Source: a virus (lineage: Duplodnaviria > Caudoviricetes). Taken from it: a stretch of 46,258 nucleotides of DNA. A program made the translations under genes and the position numbers. The DNA is taken from the IMG/VR virus record IMGVR_UViG_3300045996_000626, positions 1-46,258 of that record, one strand, 5' to 3'. The notes beneath the pieces are model-generated. The model saw only the letters and a list, made by a program, of their open reading frames with translations. It searched no databases and had not been told where the DNA came from. Positions 18,540 through 28,175 of the stretch are shown here, piece by piece (position 1 is the first letter of the stretch; each line of letters opens with the position of its first letter).

Positions 18540-19366
18540 TGCCACAAGCTACGATGGGCGGCTCAAGCTCAAATACAAACTCAAGCTCGCAGACGCACGC
18601 GACTAAACAGCCGTGGGGCCCGACGATTGAGCCGCTGACGCAGATTATTGGTCTGCTGTCCGGTCAGATTCCGAACTACGCGACGACCGACAACGAAAAC
18701 CGCGCGTTCGACCAGTTGACGAGCATGGCGACGAGGTGGGGCAATCCGTTCGACGCGCATTCCGCCTATGCTGGGCACTCCGCATACAATCTCGGCAGCA
18801 AGACCGGCCCGCTACAGGCAGCGCAGAACCGACTCGACAGGCGGTTAAGCCCCTATGCCGATGGCAAGCACATGGGACCGGGCGGCAATCCCGAGTTGCA
18901 GAAGTATCTCGACGTGATGACCAACGACATCAGCAACCGCACAAGCCAGATGTTTGCGGGTGCGGGGCGGGATATGTCGGGCGCTCACGTTGGCACCATG
19001 TCGCGCGGCATTAGCGAGGGCTTGGCCCCGACGCTGGCGAATCAATACAACACGGATGCGCAGCGCCAGATTGACGCTTCCAACATGATTTACAACTCCG
19101 CCAACACAACGGGCGCGGCCCGCACGCAGGCCCAGTTGGCCGGCAGCCAGCTTACCGGACAACGCCTGAATATGGCGGCGTATCAACCCAATATGCTGCT
19201 CGACATTGAGAAGCAGCGACGCGGCTTGCCGATCAACAACCTCGCTCACCTGACCTCCATTCTCGGCCCGCTGGCGCAGCTTGGCGGCACGGTGGACAGC
19301 GACACGACCGGACAAAGCAGCACTAGCGGCTCGTCCTTCGGCATTGGCATGGGAGGGGGCAAATAA
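18539..19366 (+). CDS. Putative ejection (DNA transfer) protein 1
   Basis: MGGSSS..T...PW N-terminus; Gln/Gly/Ser-rich; position. Confidence 0.75.
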   Translation: MPQATMGGSSSNTNSSSQTHATKQPWGPTIEPLTQIIGLLSGQIPNYATTDNENRAFDQLTSMATRWGNPFDAHSAYAGHSAYNLGSKTGPLQAAQNRLDRRLSPYADGKHMGPGGNPELQKYLDVMTNDISNRTSQMFAGAGRDMSGAHVGTMSRGISEGLAPTLANQYNTDAQRQIDASNMIYNSANTTGAARTQAQLAGSQLTGQRLNMAAYQPNMLLDIEKQRRGLPINNLAHLTSILGPLAQLGGTVDSDTTGQSSTSGSSFGIGMGGGK

Positions 19367-20784
19367 TGCCTGGGATGTTTGACGGTTGGGATACAGGTCA
19401 AGGTGGCGGTAGCGCGGGCATTCTACCGCCGTGGCTGACGCAACTTCTTCAGCAGACGCCCCCTGACGTGTTATTGCAGGGAATCCAGGCGTTGACACAG
19501 GGCCAAGGACAGGCCCCTCAGCAGGCTCCGCAAGCGCCCCCACAGCCAACGGGTAGCCCGATACTGCCGCAGGGGGCACAATTCGCCTCCATGCAGCCCC
19601 AGATGGGCGGCTATGAGCCTCGCAAGAGCATCTTTGACAGGCCCGACAGCATTCCCGGCGACCGCATGGACGGCGCGCCTCCCGCAATGGGTGGAATGCC
19701 GCAGATGCAGCCTCCAGGCGCGTCCGCAATGGCTCAGGGTGGTGGGGGTTATTCCCCCGCCCCAAGTGGCGGAATGGCCCCCACGGGCGGAATGGGCGGA
19801 CTATTCGGCGGTGGTGGCGGCTTAGGCCCACTGGCTTTGCTGATGCCGAGGACAGCCGCGCGCATGGCGGAGCAACAGCAGCAGGGTCAAGCCAGAATGG
19901 AGCTTTACAAGGCGCTGCTTGCTGAAGGCGTCAAGCCGCAGGTTGCTATGGCAGCCGTGATGAATCCATCAATAGCGTCAACCGTCGCGCAGCAAGCCTT
20001 TGGCGGCGGCACGAAGCCAGAAGATCAAAAGCTATTTGAGCTTGCACGGAGCCAAGGCTTCCAGGGCACGATCATGGACTTCATGGCCGCAAAGCGCGGC
20101 GGGGCCGGAGAGCTTGGCCTAGATATTCACTATGGGGTCAACGATAAGGGCGAGACTGTTGCCATGCAGGCGGCAAAGTCAGGTGGCTTAAGGCCCGCCG
20201 AGATGCCGCCCGGCGTCAAACTGGCCCCCGGCGTTGAAAAGGTTGATCTGGGCACGCATTACGGTTTCATCAACCGAAAAACCGGCGATCTGGTCCGCAC
20301 CGAACCGAAAAACGTCGCGGGCAGGGAGAAGCAAGAGGAAGAAGGAAAGGCGGCTGGCAAGGCTTCGGCAATGCTACCGCAGGTCAAGACCACGGTTGAG
20401 AACTCATTCCAGACTATCGAGAAGCTAAAGAAGCACCCCGGCATTGATGCTGGTACTGGCATGACGGGCACGATAGCCGGTCGCGTTCCCGGCACTAGCG
20501 CCTACAACTTCCAAGCCATGAATAAGACCGCAAGCGGTCAAACCTTCATGGCGGCGCGCGAGGCCCTGAAGGGTGCTGGTCAGGTTACTGACTTTGAAGG
20601 CGCAAGAGGCGAGGCCGCGATTGCGAACCTCGATACCGCGCAATCGAAAGAACAGTACCTCGCGGCACTCACCCAGCTAGAGAAGATGATGCGGGCCTCC
20701 TACGAGGACTTGCGTAAACGCGCGGGCGGCGGCGGTGAGGCTCTATCGGCCCCGAAGGCTCCTGACCCGTTGGGCATCCGCTGA
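19366..20784 (+). CDS. Putative ejection protein 2
   Basis: Low-complexity N-terminus; F..ARE.LKG.GQVTDFEG motif; ends DPLGIR. Confidence 0.75.
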   Translation: MPGMFDGWDTGQGGGSAGILPPWLTQLLQQTPPDVLLQGIQALTQGQGQAPQQAPQAPPQPTGSPILPQGAQFASMQPQMGGYEPRKSIFDRPDSIPGDRMDGAPPAMGGMPQMQPPGASAMAQGGGGYSPAPSGGMAPTGGMGGLFGGGGGLGPLALLMPRTAARMAEQQQQGQARMELYKALLAEGVKPQVAMAAVMNPSIASTVAQQAFGGGTKPEDQKLFELARSQGFQGTIMDFMAAKRGGAGELGLDIHYGVNDKGETVAMQAAKSGGLRPAEMPPGVKLAPGVEKVDLGTHYGFINRKTGDLVRTEPKNVAGREKQEEEGKAAGKASAMLPQVKTTVENSFQTIEKLKKHPGIDAGTGMTGTIAGRVPGTSAYNFQAMNKTASGQTFMAAREALKGAGQVTDFEGARGEAAIANLDTAQSKEQYLAALTQLEKMMRASYEDLRKRAGGGGEALSAPKAPDPLGIR

Positions 20785-22826
20785 TGGCAACGCTAGAGGA
20801 AATCCGCGCCCAGTATCCGCAATACTCGGATATGTCGGATGCTGATTTGGCCGGCGCTCTGCATAAGAAATTTTATGCAGACATGCCGAAAGCGGAGTTT
20901 GACGCCAAGCTCGGCCTGACACCCGCCGACCCGATCAAGCAAAGGGCGCAGCAGGAATATAACGAGGCGAAAGCCAAGGGCATTCCCGTCGAAGTCGGCG
21001 CATCGCGGCGGCTCGCACAGGGCGCAACCTTCAACTTTGCCGACGAAATACTGGCGGGCGCTGCTACCCCGTTTGAGATGTATAAGCGCGGCACTTGGAA
21101 CCCCATCGAGGGCTACAAGTCGGCAAAGGCTGCCGAGGACGTTGCCCTAGAGGAAGCCCGCAAAAAAGGCGGCATTGGCGGCACGCTGGCTGAAATCGGC
21201 GGCGGCGTCATGTCGGGCGCGGGGCTTGCCAGCGGTGGATTGACTGCTGGGCGTCTGCTTGCGCCGAACTCTGGCCTCTTGGCCCGCATGGCGACAATGG
21301 GGGCAGATGGCGCGGCTTTTGGTGCGGTCGCCGGTCTTGGTGATGGCAACGGCATGGGCGAGCGCCTGGGCAATGCTGCGGTCGGCGGCGCTGTTGGCGG
21401 TGCTGTTGGTGGCGCGATGCCGCTGGCGGGTTCTCTGATAACTCAGGCAGCCAACCCGATCCTCAGTAACATCCGCGCACGGGTTAACCCAGAAGGCTTT
21501 GCCCGCACTCAGGTGGCGCGCGGCGTGATCGAAAGCGGCCTAACACCGCAACAGATTGCCGACGATGTGGCCCGTGCTGCGGCTGAAGGTCAGCCCATGT
21601 ACAGCATGGCCGATTCGATGGGTAATGCCGGTCAGCGTATGCTCTCGACAACCGCACGCTCACCCGGTCCCGGCAGGACTGCCGTTGTGGATTTCCTCGA
21701 CGGTCGCCAAGCCGGTCAGGGACGGCGCATTGCCGGCACGTTGGCGGAGGGCTTTGATTCTCCTGCCACGGCAGCGCAGACGCAAGCAGGCATGACAGCG
21801 GCACGCGATACGGCGGCAGATGCGGCCTATGGCGCAGCACGCAGCAATGCGGCTCCGGTGAACGTTTCCAACGTTCTCGCCCGCATCGACGAGACGCTGC
21901 AGCCGGGCGTCAATCAGATAGCAAGGCCGCAATCCGGCATTGCCAACGATAGCATTGAGTCGGCGCTTGAGGGCATCCGTGCCCGCCTCACCGATGGTCG
22001 CTCTGTGCAAACAGACTTCACGGCGATCCAGCGGTTGCGCGGTGACATCTCCGACGCGGCACAAGCTGCCCGGCAAGGTGGACACGGCAATAAAGCGCGA
22101 TTGCTCGGCCAAGTGTTGCGCGAGCTTGATGCGTCAATGGAGAATGCGTCGACCGGCTTTCGGGCTGCAAACGCAGGTTTCTCGCAAGCGACCCGAAACA
22201 TTGAAGCGGTCGAGGCCGGGACGACAGCGGCGCGGCGCGGGCGCACCGAGGACATTATACCGGCATTCCGTGGCTTGCAGCCGGAAGGGCAGCGCGGCTT
22301 TCGTGCTGGTTATGTCGATCCCCTGATTGAGCAGGCGCAAGGCTCGGCAATGGGCGTCAACAAGGCTCGCCCGCTGATGAACGATGCATTCAGGGACGAG
22401 GCCGCCGTAATGGCTCCCGGCAATCCGCTGATGCAGCGCCGCATCGGTCGGGAAGATAGGATGTTCCAGACCCGCAACGCAGCGATGGGCAATTCCAAGA
22501 CAGTCGAGAACTTGAACGACGATGCTGCAATGGGCGTCGATTTCTCACTGATTAGCAATGCGCTACAGGGCAACTTTAGCGGGGCGCTACGCTCTGCGGT
22601 GTCAGCCCTGAGCAACGGCTGGAACGGCAACACGGCGGGCGTCCGCGAGGAAGTAGCCCGCATCCTGATGCAGAACGGCCAGAATGTTAACCCGGTCGCA
22701 ATCCAGCGGATGCTTGACGACACCGTTCGTCGTATCGAACTCATTACGCAGATGGCGCAACAGATGGGGCGCGGCGTAGCTGCCGGCGTTGCCGTCACAC
22801 CGTCAGCGACAGGCGGGCGGCGTTAG
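20784..22826 (+). CDS. Putative ejection protein 3
   Basis: N-terminal IRAQYPQYSDMSD..LA.ALH.KFY.D, QGATFNFADEI.A and Gly-rich hydrophobic segments. Confidence 0.8.
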   Translation: MATLEEIRAQYPQYSDMSDADLAGALHKKFYADMPKAEFDAKLGLTPADPIKQRAQQEYNEAKAKGIPVEVGASRRLAQGATFNFADEILAGAATPFEMYKRGTWNPIEGYKSAKAAEDVALEEARKKGGIGGTLAEIGGGVMSGAGLASGGLTAGRLLAPNSGLLARMATMGADGAAFGAVAGLGDGNGMGERLGNAAVGGAVGGAVGGAMPLAGSLITQAANPILSNIRARVNPEGFARTQVARGVIESGLTPQQIADDVARAAAEGQPMYSMADSMGNAGQRMLSTTARSPGPGRTAVVDFLDGRQAGQGRRIAGTLAEGFDSPATAAQTQAGMTAARDTAADAAYGAARSNAAPVNVSNVLARIDETLQPGVNQIARPQSGIANDSIESALEGIRARLTDGRSVQTDFTAIQRLRGDISDAAQAARQGGHGNKARLLGQVLRELDASMENASTGFRAANAGFSQATRNIEAVEAGTTAARRGRTEDIIPAFRGLQPEGQRGFRAGYVDPLIEQAQGSAMGVNKARPLMNDAFRDEAAVMAPGNPLMQRRIGREDRMFQTRNAAMGNSKTVENLNDDAAMGVDFSLISNALQGNFSGALRSAVSALSNGWNGNTAGVREEVARILMQNGQNVNPVAIQRMLDDTVRRIELITQMAQQMGRGVAAGVAVTPSATGGRR

Positions 22827-22981
22827 TGCCGCAGCCAGTAGCTAATCGCAAACATAACAAAGAAACCAAAGACCCACGCTAAGGCACCCGGAAGCCCTGG
22901 GCCGAATATCGGCTCGCGCGGCTTAGGGCGGTCTGAATCCCACTTGTGGGGCTGAAGGTCAACAATCTCAGGCTCTCTCAT
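22823..22981 (-). CDS. Antisense 52-aa single-pass membrane protein (superinfection-exclusion candidate)
   Basis: Not in the ORF track; MREPEIVDLQPHKWDSDRPKPREPIFGPGLPGALAWVFGFFVMFAISYWLRH* exactly fills the gap. Confidence 0.6.
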   Translation of the reverse strand: MREPEIVDLQPHKWDSDRPKPREPIFGPGLPGALAWVFGFFVMFAISYWLRH

Positions 22982-23920
22982 ATGACCATCTTACCATATC
23001 AGGCCGCCGCCTCGCAAATGGGGATGACGGAGCGCAACGCCGCGCTTAAGGACTACCTCTATAATGGGGGAAAGAACCTTAACCCGGCAACCCGCGCTTG
23101 GTGCGCCGACTTCGTTAACGCCTCGCTCGCTAAGGCCGGAATCGGCGGCACCAACTCCGGCATGGCCCGCTCATTCCTTAACTACGGCAGCCCGGTCGAT
23201 AAGCCCCAGAAGGGGGATATTGCCGTGTTCTCCCGTGGCAATCCCAAGGGGCCATATGGTCACGTTGGGTTCTATGAGGGCGACGACCCCAGGGGCATCC
23301 GCGTTCTAGGCGGCAATCAGAACGATGCCGTTAGCTCTGCGGTTTACCCGCGCGAGAGGCTTCTGGGTTTCCGCCGCCCTCCCGGCGACATTCCGCCGAC
23401 GCAAGTAGCGCAGTCACCGTTCCCAGACCCGACGCAAGCGCCCCCGATGGGCGATGCACCGACGCCGCCAATGGTCCCCACGGACCCGCCTGCTGGCATG
23501 CCGAGAATACCGACACCGCCACAGGTTAACGGCCCGCCCCCACTGACGCCCGCCCCTGCGTCACCAGGGACTCAATTCGCGGGCATCCCGGCAGGAATGC
23601 CGCTGATGCCTCCGCAGCCGCCGATGCAGCCGCAACTAACGCCTGCCCCAGCCGGTGCGCCAATCATGCCACCGTCTGCCGCGCCCGCTCCTACGGAGAT
23701 GGCGGGACTTGGTGGAATGGGCAACGTGATGGGCATGGGCAGCCCGATGGGCGGCATGGGCGGCATCATGGGAATGCTCGGCGGTTTGTTTGGTGGCGGT
23801 GGAGGTGGAGGTTCACAAGCGCCAGCCGCGCCGCCGCCTCCGTCAATGGATCCGATGGTTCTCGCGCTGCTCGCGCAGACGGGACCGTTCAAGTTCCCCG
23901 AATACGACAACTTCGCATAA
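22982..23920 (+). CDS. TIGR02594-family (NlpC/P60-like) peptidoglycan hydrolase with Pro/Gly/Met-rich tail
   Basis: AWCADFVN, ARSFLNYG, P.KGDIAVF.RG, GHVGF, VLGGNQ. Start could be a later ATG. Confidence 0.85.
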   Translation: MTILPYQAAASQMGMTERNAALKDYLYNGGKNLNPATRAWCADFVNASLAKAGIGGTNSGMARSFLNYGSPVDKPQKGDIAVFSRGNPKGPYGHVGFYEGDDPRGIRVLGGNQNDAVSSAVYPRERLLGFRRPPGDIPPTQVAQSPFPDPTQAPPMGDAPTPPMVPTDPPAGMPRIPTPPQVNGPPPLTPAPASPGTQFAGIPAGMPLMPPQPPMQPQLTPAPAGAPIMPPSAAPAPTEMAGLGGMGNVMGMGSPMGGMGGIMGMLGGLFGGGGGGGSQAPAAPPPPSMDPMVLALLAQTGPFKFPEYDNFA

Positions 23921-23940
23921 ACGAATAAAGGTCAATCTCA

Positions 23941-24837
23941 ATGGCTACAGGCGTCGTCGTCTGGTCGACAACCGCTGCCACCAATTCCGGCTCAGATTCA
24001 AACGTGAACTGGGCGGAAGGTCAGGCACCAAGCTCGGTCAATAACTCAGCCCGCGCCGAGATGGCGTCGATTGCCATGTGGCGCGATGACCTCAACGGCA
24101 CGCTCGTCACGGGCGGCACATCGACCGCCTACACGCTCACAACCAACCAAACCTTTGCCGCCCTGACAGCCGGCTATGAGGTCGGGTTCACGTTGAACGC
24201 CACCAGTGGCGCGGCTCCGACGCTCAACGTCGATGGCCTTGGTGCCAAGCCGCTGCGTGCCGATCCCGGCGTTGCGCTTCCAGTGGGGGTGCTTGCGTCC
24301 GGTTCGGTTCAACGGGCGACCTATAAAACCTCAAACTCTGGTGAGTGGATTCTGCACAGCCATACCGTGGCGGCATCCGCGACGGTTGCCGGCGTGATCG
24401 AGCTTGCGACCGATGCCGAGACAATTACCGGCACCGCCGTTGATCGCGCGTTGACCCCCGCCAACCTTCGCTCCATGTCCGGCACCTATACGCCGACACC
24501 AACGGGCGTCACCAACGTGACGGACGTGAACATCGTTCCAACCGTATTCAGGTGGTCGCGCATTGGGGATATTGTCACCGTCGCGGGGCAGACCGCCGTT
24601 GACCCGACAGCAACCGGCGCAACCGAGTTTCGTCTGACGCTGCCGGTGGCCTCAACACTTGCGAACCAAGGCTCCCTGAGCGGGTCAGGCAGCAGCCCGA
24701 CCACCGCCGCCTTGGGTACGGCTGTCGCCATCACCGCCCTGACAAGCGGCGGGGCCAATCAAGCCGTGGTGAACTATGACGCCCTGACCGCGAACAACCA
24801 GGCGCTATCACTGATATTCAACTATATCGTCGCGTAA
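23941..24837 (+). CDS. Tail fibre protein
   Basis: WSTTAA.N...VNWAEGQAPSSVNNSAR..MA head, TLNVDGLGAKPL, A..TVAGVIELAT..E...G....RA.TPA repeat, GTYTPT...WSRIGDIVTV tip. Confidence 0.85.
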   Translation: MATGVVVWSTTAATNSGSDSNVNWAEGQAPSSVNNSARAEMASIAMWRDDLNGTLVTGGTSTAYTLTTNQTFAALTAGYEVGFTLNATSGAAPTLNVDGLGAKPLRADPGVALPVGVLASGSVQRATYKTSNSGEWILHSHTVAASATVAGVIELATDAETITGTAVDRALTPANLRSMSGTYTPTPTGVTNVTDVNIVPTVFRWSRIGDIVTVAGQTAVDPTATGATEFRLTLPVASTLANQGSLSGSGSSPTTAALGTAVAITALTSGGANQAVVNYDALTANNQALSLIFNYIVA

Positions 24838-24839
24838 AT

Positions 24840-26267
24840 TCACCGATTGGCTGGCCTGTTTTCGATTGCACGACAGACCTCACCCGCACAGGCGTAGAGT
24901 TCTTCAATGCGGGCCTCGACGGCATCGGCAAAATCATCGGGCAACTGACCGACAACGTTGTCCAGTTCCTCCGGGTCAGTCGCGAGATCGTAGTATTCGG
25001 TTTCGTCATTGTCATACAGCACATAGGTCCAGAAACGGGTAGCGATGGCGCGGTAGGCGTCCCCGGTGGTGGATTGCACGCCCCCTTCGCTGTCGAGTGC
25101 CGGCTTGCCCTGAACCAGTAGTTGATTGCGCCATGTTGCCGGGTTCTGTCCTCGCAACAGGGGAAGAAGCGAGCGCCCATCAACCCATTCAGGGATGGGC
25201 TTGCCGGCGATCTGCATGAAAGTCGGCATCAAGTCGGCGTTGGTGACGATGTGGTGGTCAATGCCGGGAACGACGCCCGGCCCCCATATCAGCATGGTGG
25301 ACTGAATGCTCTCGCGGTACGGCACCAGCTTGTTGCTGATGCGGTGCTCGCCCCACAGGAATCCGTTGTCGCTGGCATAGACGATATAGGTGTTGTCTAG
25401 CTGGCCGGTTGCTTCCAGCGTTTCCCAGATCGTCTTGACCGCCTTGTCGATGCTAAGGCCGGATTCCAGCATCCGCCGCCATTGGGTCTGCAACGAGGCA
25501 ATCTGCGTTGCCGTGAACTTGGGCGTTGAGAAAACAGCGGTTGGCTTGTCGGTTACGTCCTGTTCGTTGAACGACCATTTACGCTGCGGCGCAAGCGGTT
25601 CGGAGAGAAAGTAGTTCCTGAACTCGTTTGCCGGCACGGCGGGAAGATGCGGCGCGGGCGGCGCAAATAAAAGCGCGAATGGCCGAGGGCTCTGCCTGAT
25701 GGTGGTGGCAACAAGCTCGGCCAGAACGTTCGTGGAATAGGTGGCGTCAGTATCGCCCCGATGCTCGACCGTCCGACCGTTATGGTTGGCGTTCCAGTTG
25801 AACATATTCCCGGCCCCTTGGGTGAAGCCGTACCAGCGGTGCCACCCATCGGGAACGCGCGGCGTGCTGTCGTCTGAGTAGCCGTTGAGGAACTTGCCAA
25901 ACATCCCGGTGAAGTAATCGTAACGCAACTCATTCGCCCATGTTTTGCTGTCGAGCCTACGCGACATGAAGCCCTGATAACCGCCGTCCGGCCCCTTGTT
26001 GTTGGTGACGCCGTGATTGTGGGGATACATCCCGGTGAGCAGGGATGTGCGCGAGGGGCAGCAAAGCGACTGCGTGAAGATCGCGGTATCGAAGCGCCGC
26101 GCCAAGTGCATCTTGGACCGCAGGAACGGCATGAACGGACGCCCGGCATTGCTGACGCCGGTAATCATCTGCTCGGTCTGGTCGTCGGTAAGAATAACGA
26201 TGATGTTCGGACTGGCCGAGGCAGGCGTAAAACCTAGTAAAACAAGGATTAAAGCTAACAGTCTCAT
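24840..26267 (-). CDS. Secreted formylglycine-dependent sulfatase (Cys-type; N-acetylglucosamine-6-sulfatase-like)
   Basis: Signal peptide MRLLALILVLLGFTPASA; PNIIVILTDDQ, CCPSRTSLLTG.YPHNHG, GKFLNGY, APH, SDNG..GEH, K..PY.ES, N.DL.PT, EYYDL..DP.EL.N; GGAG RBS before ATG 26267. Confidence 0.93.
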   Translation of the reverse strand: MRLLALILVLLGFTPASASPNIIVILTDDQTEQMITGVSNAGRPFMPFLRSKMHLARRFDTAIFTQSLCCPSRTSLLTGMYPHNHGVTNNKGPDGGYQGFMSRRLDSKTWANELRYDYFTGMFGKFLNGYSDDSTPRVPDGWHRWYGFTQGAGNMFNWNANHNGRTVEHRGDTDATYSTNVLAELVATTIRQSPRPFALLFAPPAPHLPAVPANEFRNYFLSEPLAPQRKWSFNEQDVTDKPTAVFSTPKFTATQIASLQTQWRRMLESGLSIDKAVKTIWETLEATGQLDNTYIVYASDNGFLWGEHRISNKLVPYRESIQSTMLIWGPGVVPGIDHHIVTNADLMPTFMQIAGKPIPEWVDGRSLLPLLRGQNPATWRNQLLVQGKPALDSEGGVQSTTGDAYRAIATRFWTYVLYDNDETEYYDLATDPEELDNVVGQLPDDFADAVEARIEELYACAGEVCRAIENRPANR

Positions 26268-26304
26268 TTTAGGCTCCCCAAGAACAACAAAAGGACGACA
26301 AGTC

Positions 26305-26415
26305 ATGCTTACCCTAAAATCATGGTTTAGTAAAGCGGTTAAATTGGTGAAGGCGCACCCGTATATTGCGGTTGCCGTTCTTCTCGGCGCTGGCGCGCTC
26401 CTGCTTCTCAAATAG
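26305..26415 (+). CDS. Small membrane peptide (36 aa)
   Basis: AAGGA RBS; MLTLKSWFSKAVKLVKAHPYIAVAVLLGAGALLLLK. Confidence 0.6.
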   Translation: MLTLKSWFSKAVKLVKAHPYIAVAVLLGAGALLLLK

Positions 26416-26419
26416 TTCA

Positions 26420-26779
26420 ATGCGCCTGCTTTCTCTGGGGGCCGTCCTTGTGGCGGCCCTTTTCCTTTGCGCCAAGCCTCCGGCCTTCGCTCTCCTCCAT
26501 GTGCCGGAGCCTCCCGCAAAATACGTCAAGCCCTACAAGGGCAAGTTGATCTTGCACAACGTTGATGAGCGCACCCTGAGCGCGTGGAGCATATGCACCC
26601 CGGTGGCCTATGCCTGCGCCTTCATGCACGAACTCCCCGAGCGATGCACGGTCTGGATGCCAGCCATCGGCACCGTCTACTCAAACGGGCAAGTTGTCAC
26701 CGCCGCCGCTTACAAGCGCCTGCTTCGGCATGAGATGGCGCATTGCAACGGCTGGCCCCCGAGTCATCCCAAAGCATAG
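26420..26779 (+). CDS. Secreted HExxH putative zinc metallopeptidase
   Basis: Signal-like N-terminus, several Cys, LLRHEMAHCNGW...H. Confidence 0.75.
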   Translation: MRLLSLGAVLVAALFLCAKPPAFALLHVPEPPAKYVKPYKGKLILHNVDERTLSAWSICTPVAYACAFMHELPERCTVWMPAIGTVYSNGQVVTAAAYKRLLRHEMAHCNGWPPSHPKA

Positions 26780-26788
26780 AGACGACCG

Positions 26789-26971
26789 ATGCACTACGTC
26801 GCCTGGGTATCACTCGCCTTCGGGCTGTTCTGCGTGTGGCTGACCTACGATGACTGGAAGTTCAAGCAAGACCCGCTTGGGTTCAGCGCGTGGGGGCACC
26901 TCTTTGTAACCGTCTGCATGGCAGTCGGCTCCGTATCAACAGTAGCAACCGCAGTCTGGGCACTGTTTTAA
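26789..26971 (+). CDS. Two-TM membrane protein (holin candidate)
   Basis: Two hydrophobic segments; upstream of the endolysin. Confidence 0.6.
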   Translation: MHYVAWVSLAFGLFCVWLTYDDWKFKQDPLGFSAWGHLFVTVCMAVGSVSTVATAVWALF

Positions 26972-27195
26972 TGAAATCAAAACTCATCTTTGCGATTGCG
27001 GCGCTCCTGTTCTGCGGGGCCACCGCCGTCTGGCTCATCCTCTACGGCAAGGCGGATAACTCCCTGCACACAAGCGCGCTATCGTGGGCCTTCACGCTGG
27101 CCGCTGGCGTGCTGGCTGGCGTTGGCTTCGGAGCTATCGCCTATCTCATCCCAGGTTTCCAGCCGGTCGAGAAAAAGACCGATGCGACCAGTTAA
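26971..27195 (+). CDS. Two-TM membrane protein (holin candidate)
   Basis: TAATG coupling; two hydrophobic helices and a charged C-terminus. Confidence 0.65.
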   Translation: MKSKLIFAIAALLFCGATAVWLILYGKADNSLHTSALSWAFTLAAGVLAGVGFGAIAYLIPGFQPVEKKTDATS

Positions 27196-27397
27196 GAACT
27201 GGCGCGAGGTTCTGCGCTATGCGTGGAGCCTTCGCTTCATCGTGCTGGCTGCCATCCTGTCCGCCGCCGAGGTCGTGATCGCGGTGTTCATGGACGAGCC
27301 GCCGATTGCGCGCGGCGTGTTCGCCGCACTGGCCGGCCTCGTCACCATCGCAGCCGCCCTCGCCCGTTTCGTCGCACAAAGCAAGGTTAGCGAATAA
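27182..27397 (+). CDS. Holin-like two-TM protein
   Basis: MRPVKNWREVLRYAWSLRF...ARFVAQ pattern, commonly found directly before phage lysozymes. Confidence 0.75.
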   Translation: MRPVKNWREVLRYAWSLRFIVLAAILSAAEVVIAVFMDEPPIARGVFAALAGLVTIAAALARFVAQSKVSE

Positions 27398-27906
27398 TGG
27401 CCTTCCCAGTCGTTACCAGCCGCCAGCTTAAACGCGGCGGTGCTGCCGCTACGGTTGCAGCTATCGCAATGGCAACCCCCTTCGTTGTCGGATGGGAGGG
27501 GGTCGATTACGTTGCGCGGCACTTCTCCTTTGACCCGCCCGGAGTGGTTACCGTCTGCAACGGCATCACCAATTACGATCTGCCCGGCTTGAAACCCGGC
27601 ATGAAGTTCACAAAGGGCGAGTGCGCCGAGCTTCTGAAAAAGGCGATGCCGAAATACGCCGCACCGATTGACCGCTGCGTCAAGGTTCCCATCACCGACA
27701 ACACCCGCGCCGCTCTTTATTCGGCCTCCTACAACCTCGGCCCCGGCACCGTCTGCAAGTCCAGCATGGTGCGCCGGATCAATGCGGGCGATACGCGCGG
27801 CGGATGCGATGCGCTGCTGATGTACGTCCGCGCTAACGGGAAGTTTCTCCAAGGGCTTCTCAACCGGCGTCACGCTGAACGCAAACTCTGTTTGGAGGGA
27901 CTATGA
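27397..27906 (+). CDS. GH24 lysozyme (endolysin), probable SAR type
   Basis: Ala/Gly-rich N-terminal helix, WEG...D..GV.TVC.G.T, YNLG.G..CKS, GL.NRR.AER.LCL. Confidence 0.92.
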   Translation: MAFPVVTSRQLKRGGAAATVAAIAMATPFVVGWEGVDYVARHFSFDPPGVVTVCNGITNYDLPGLKPGMKFTKGECAELLKKAMPKYAAPIDRCVKVPITDNTRAALYSASYNLGPGTVCKSSMVRRINAGDTRGGCDALLMYVRANGKFLQGLLNRRHAERKLCLEGL

Positions 27907-28175
27907 CCGCTGCCTTTTTCCTACTCTCCCCCTTCATCCGCTGGATTGCTGGCGGGACCGTTATTGTTGCTGCCCTCGCGGGCGCTTTCTACTACGTCAA
28001 GGGACTTGGTTATGAACAATGCAAAAACGAATGGTACTGGGCGCTCGAACAAGAAGCGAAGGACGGCGAGCAGATTCGCACCGACTCTGAGCGTGCTGTT
28101 ACTCGCGACACTCCTGACAGCGTGCGGAACGACAAAAGGAACCGTGACAACTGGAAACGCCCCGGAAGTCAGTAA
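27903..28175 (+). CDS. Rz-like inner-membrane spanin
   Basis: N-terminal TM plus charged periplasmic tail directly after the endolysin. Confidence 0.7.
   Translation: MTAAFFLLSPFIRWIAGGTVIVAALAGAFYYVKGLGYEQCKNEWYWALEQEAKDGEQIRTDSERAVTRDTPDSVRNDKRNRDNWKRPGSQ

Noticed and set aside
26268-26519. N-terminal extension of the sulfatase ORF in the track
   Set aside because: The signal peptide and RBS place the start at 26267; the extension overlaps plus-strand genes.
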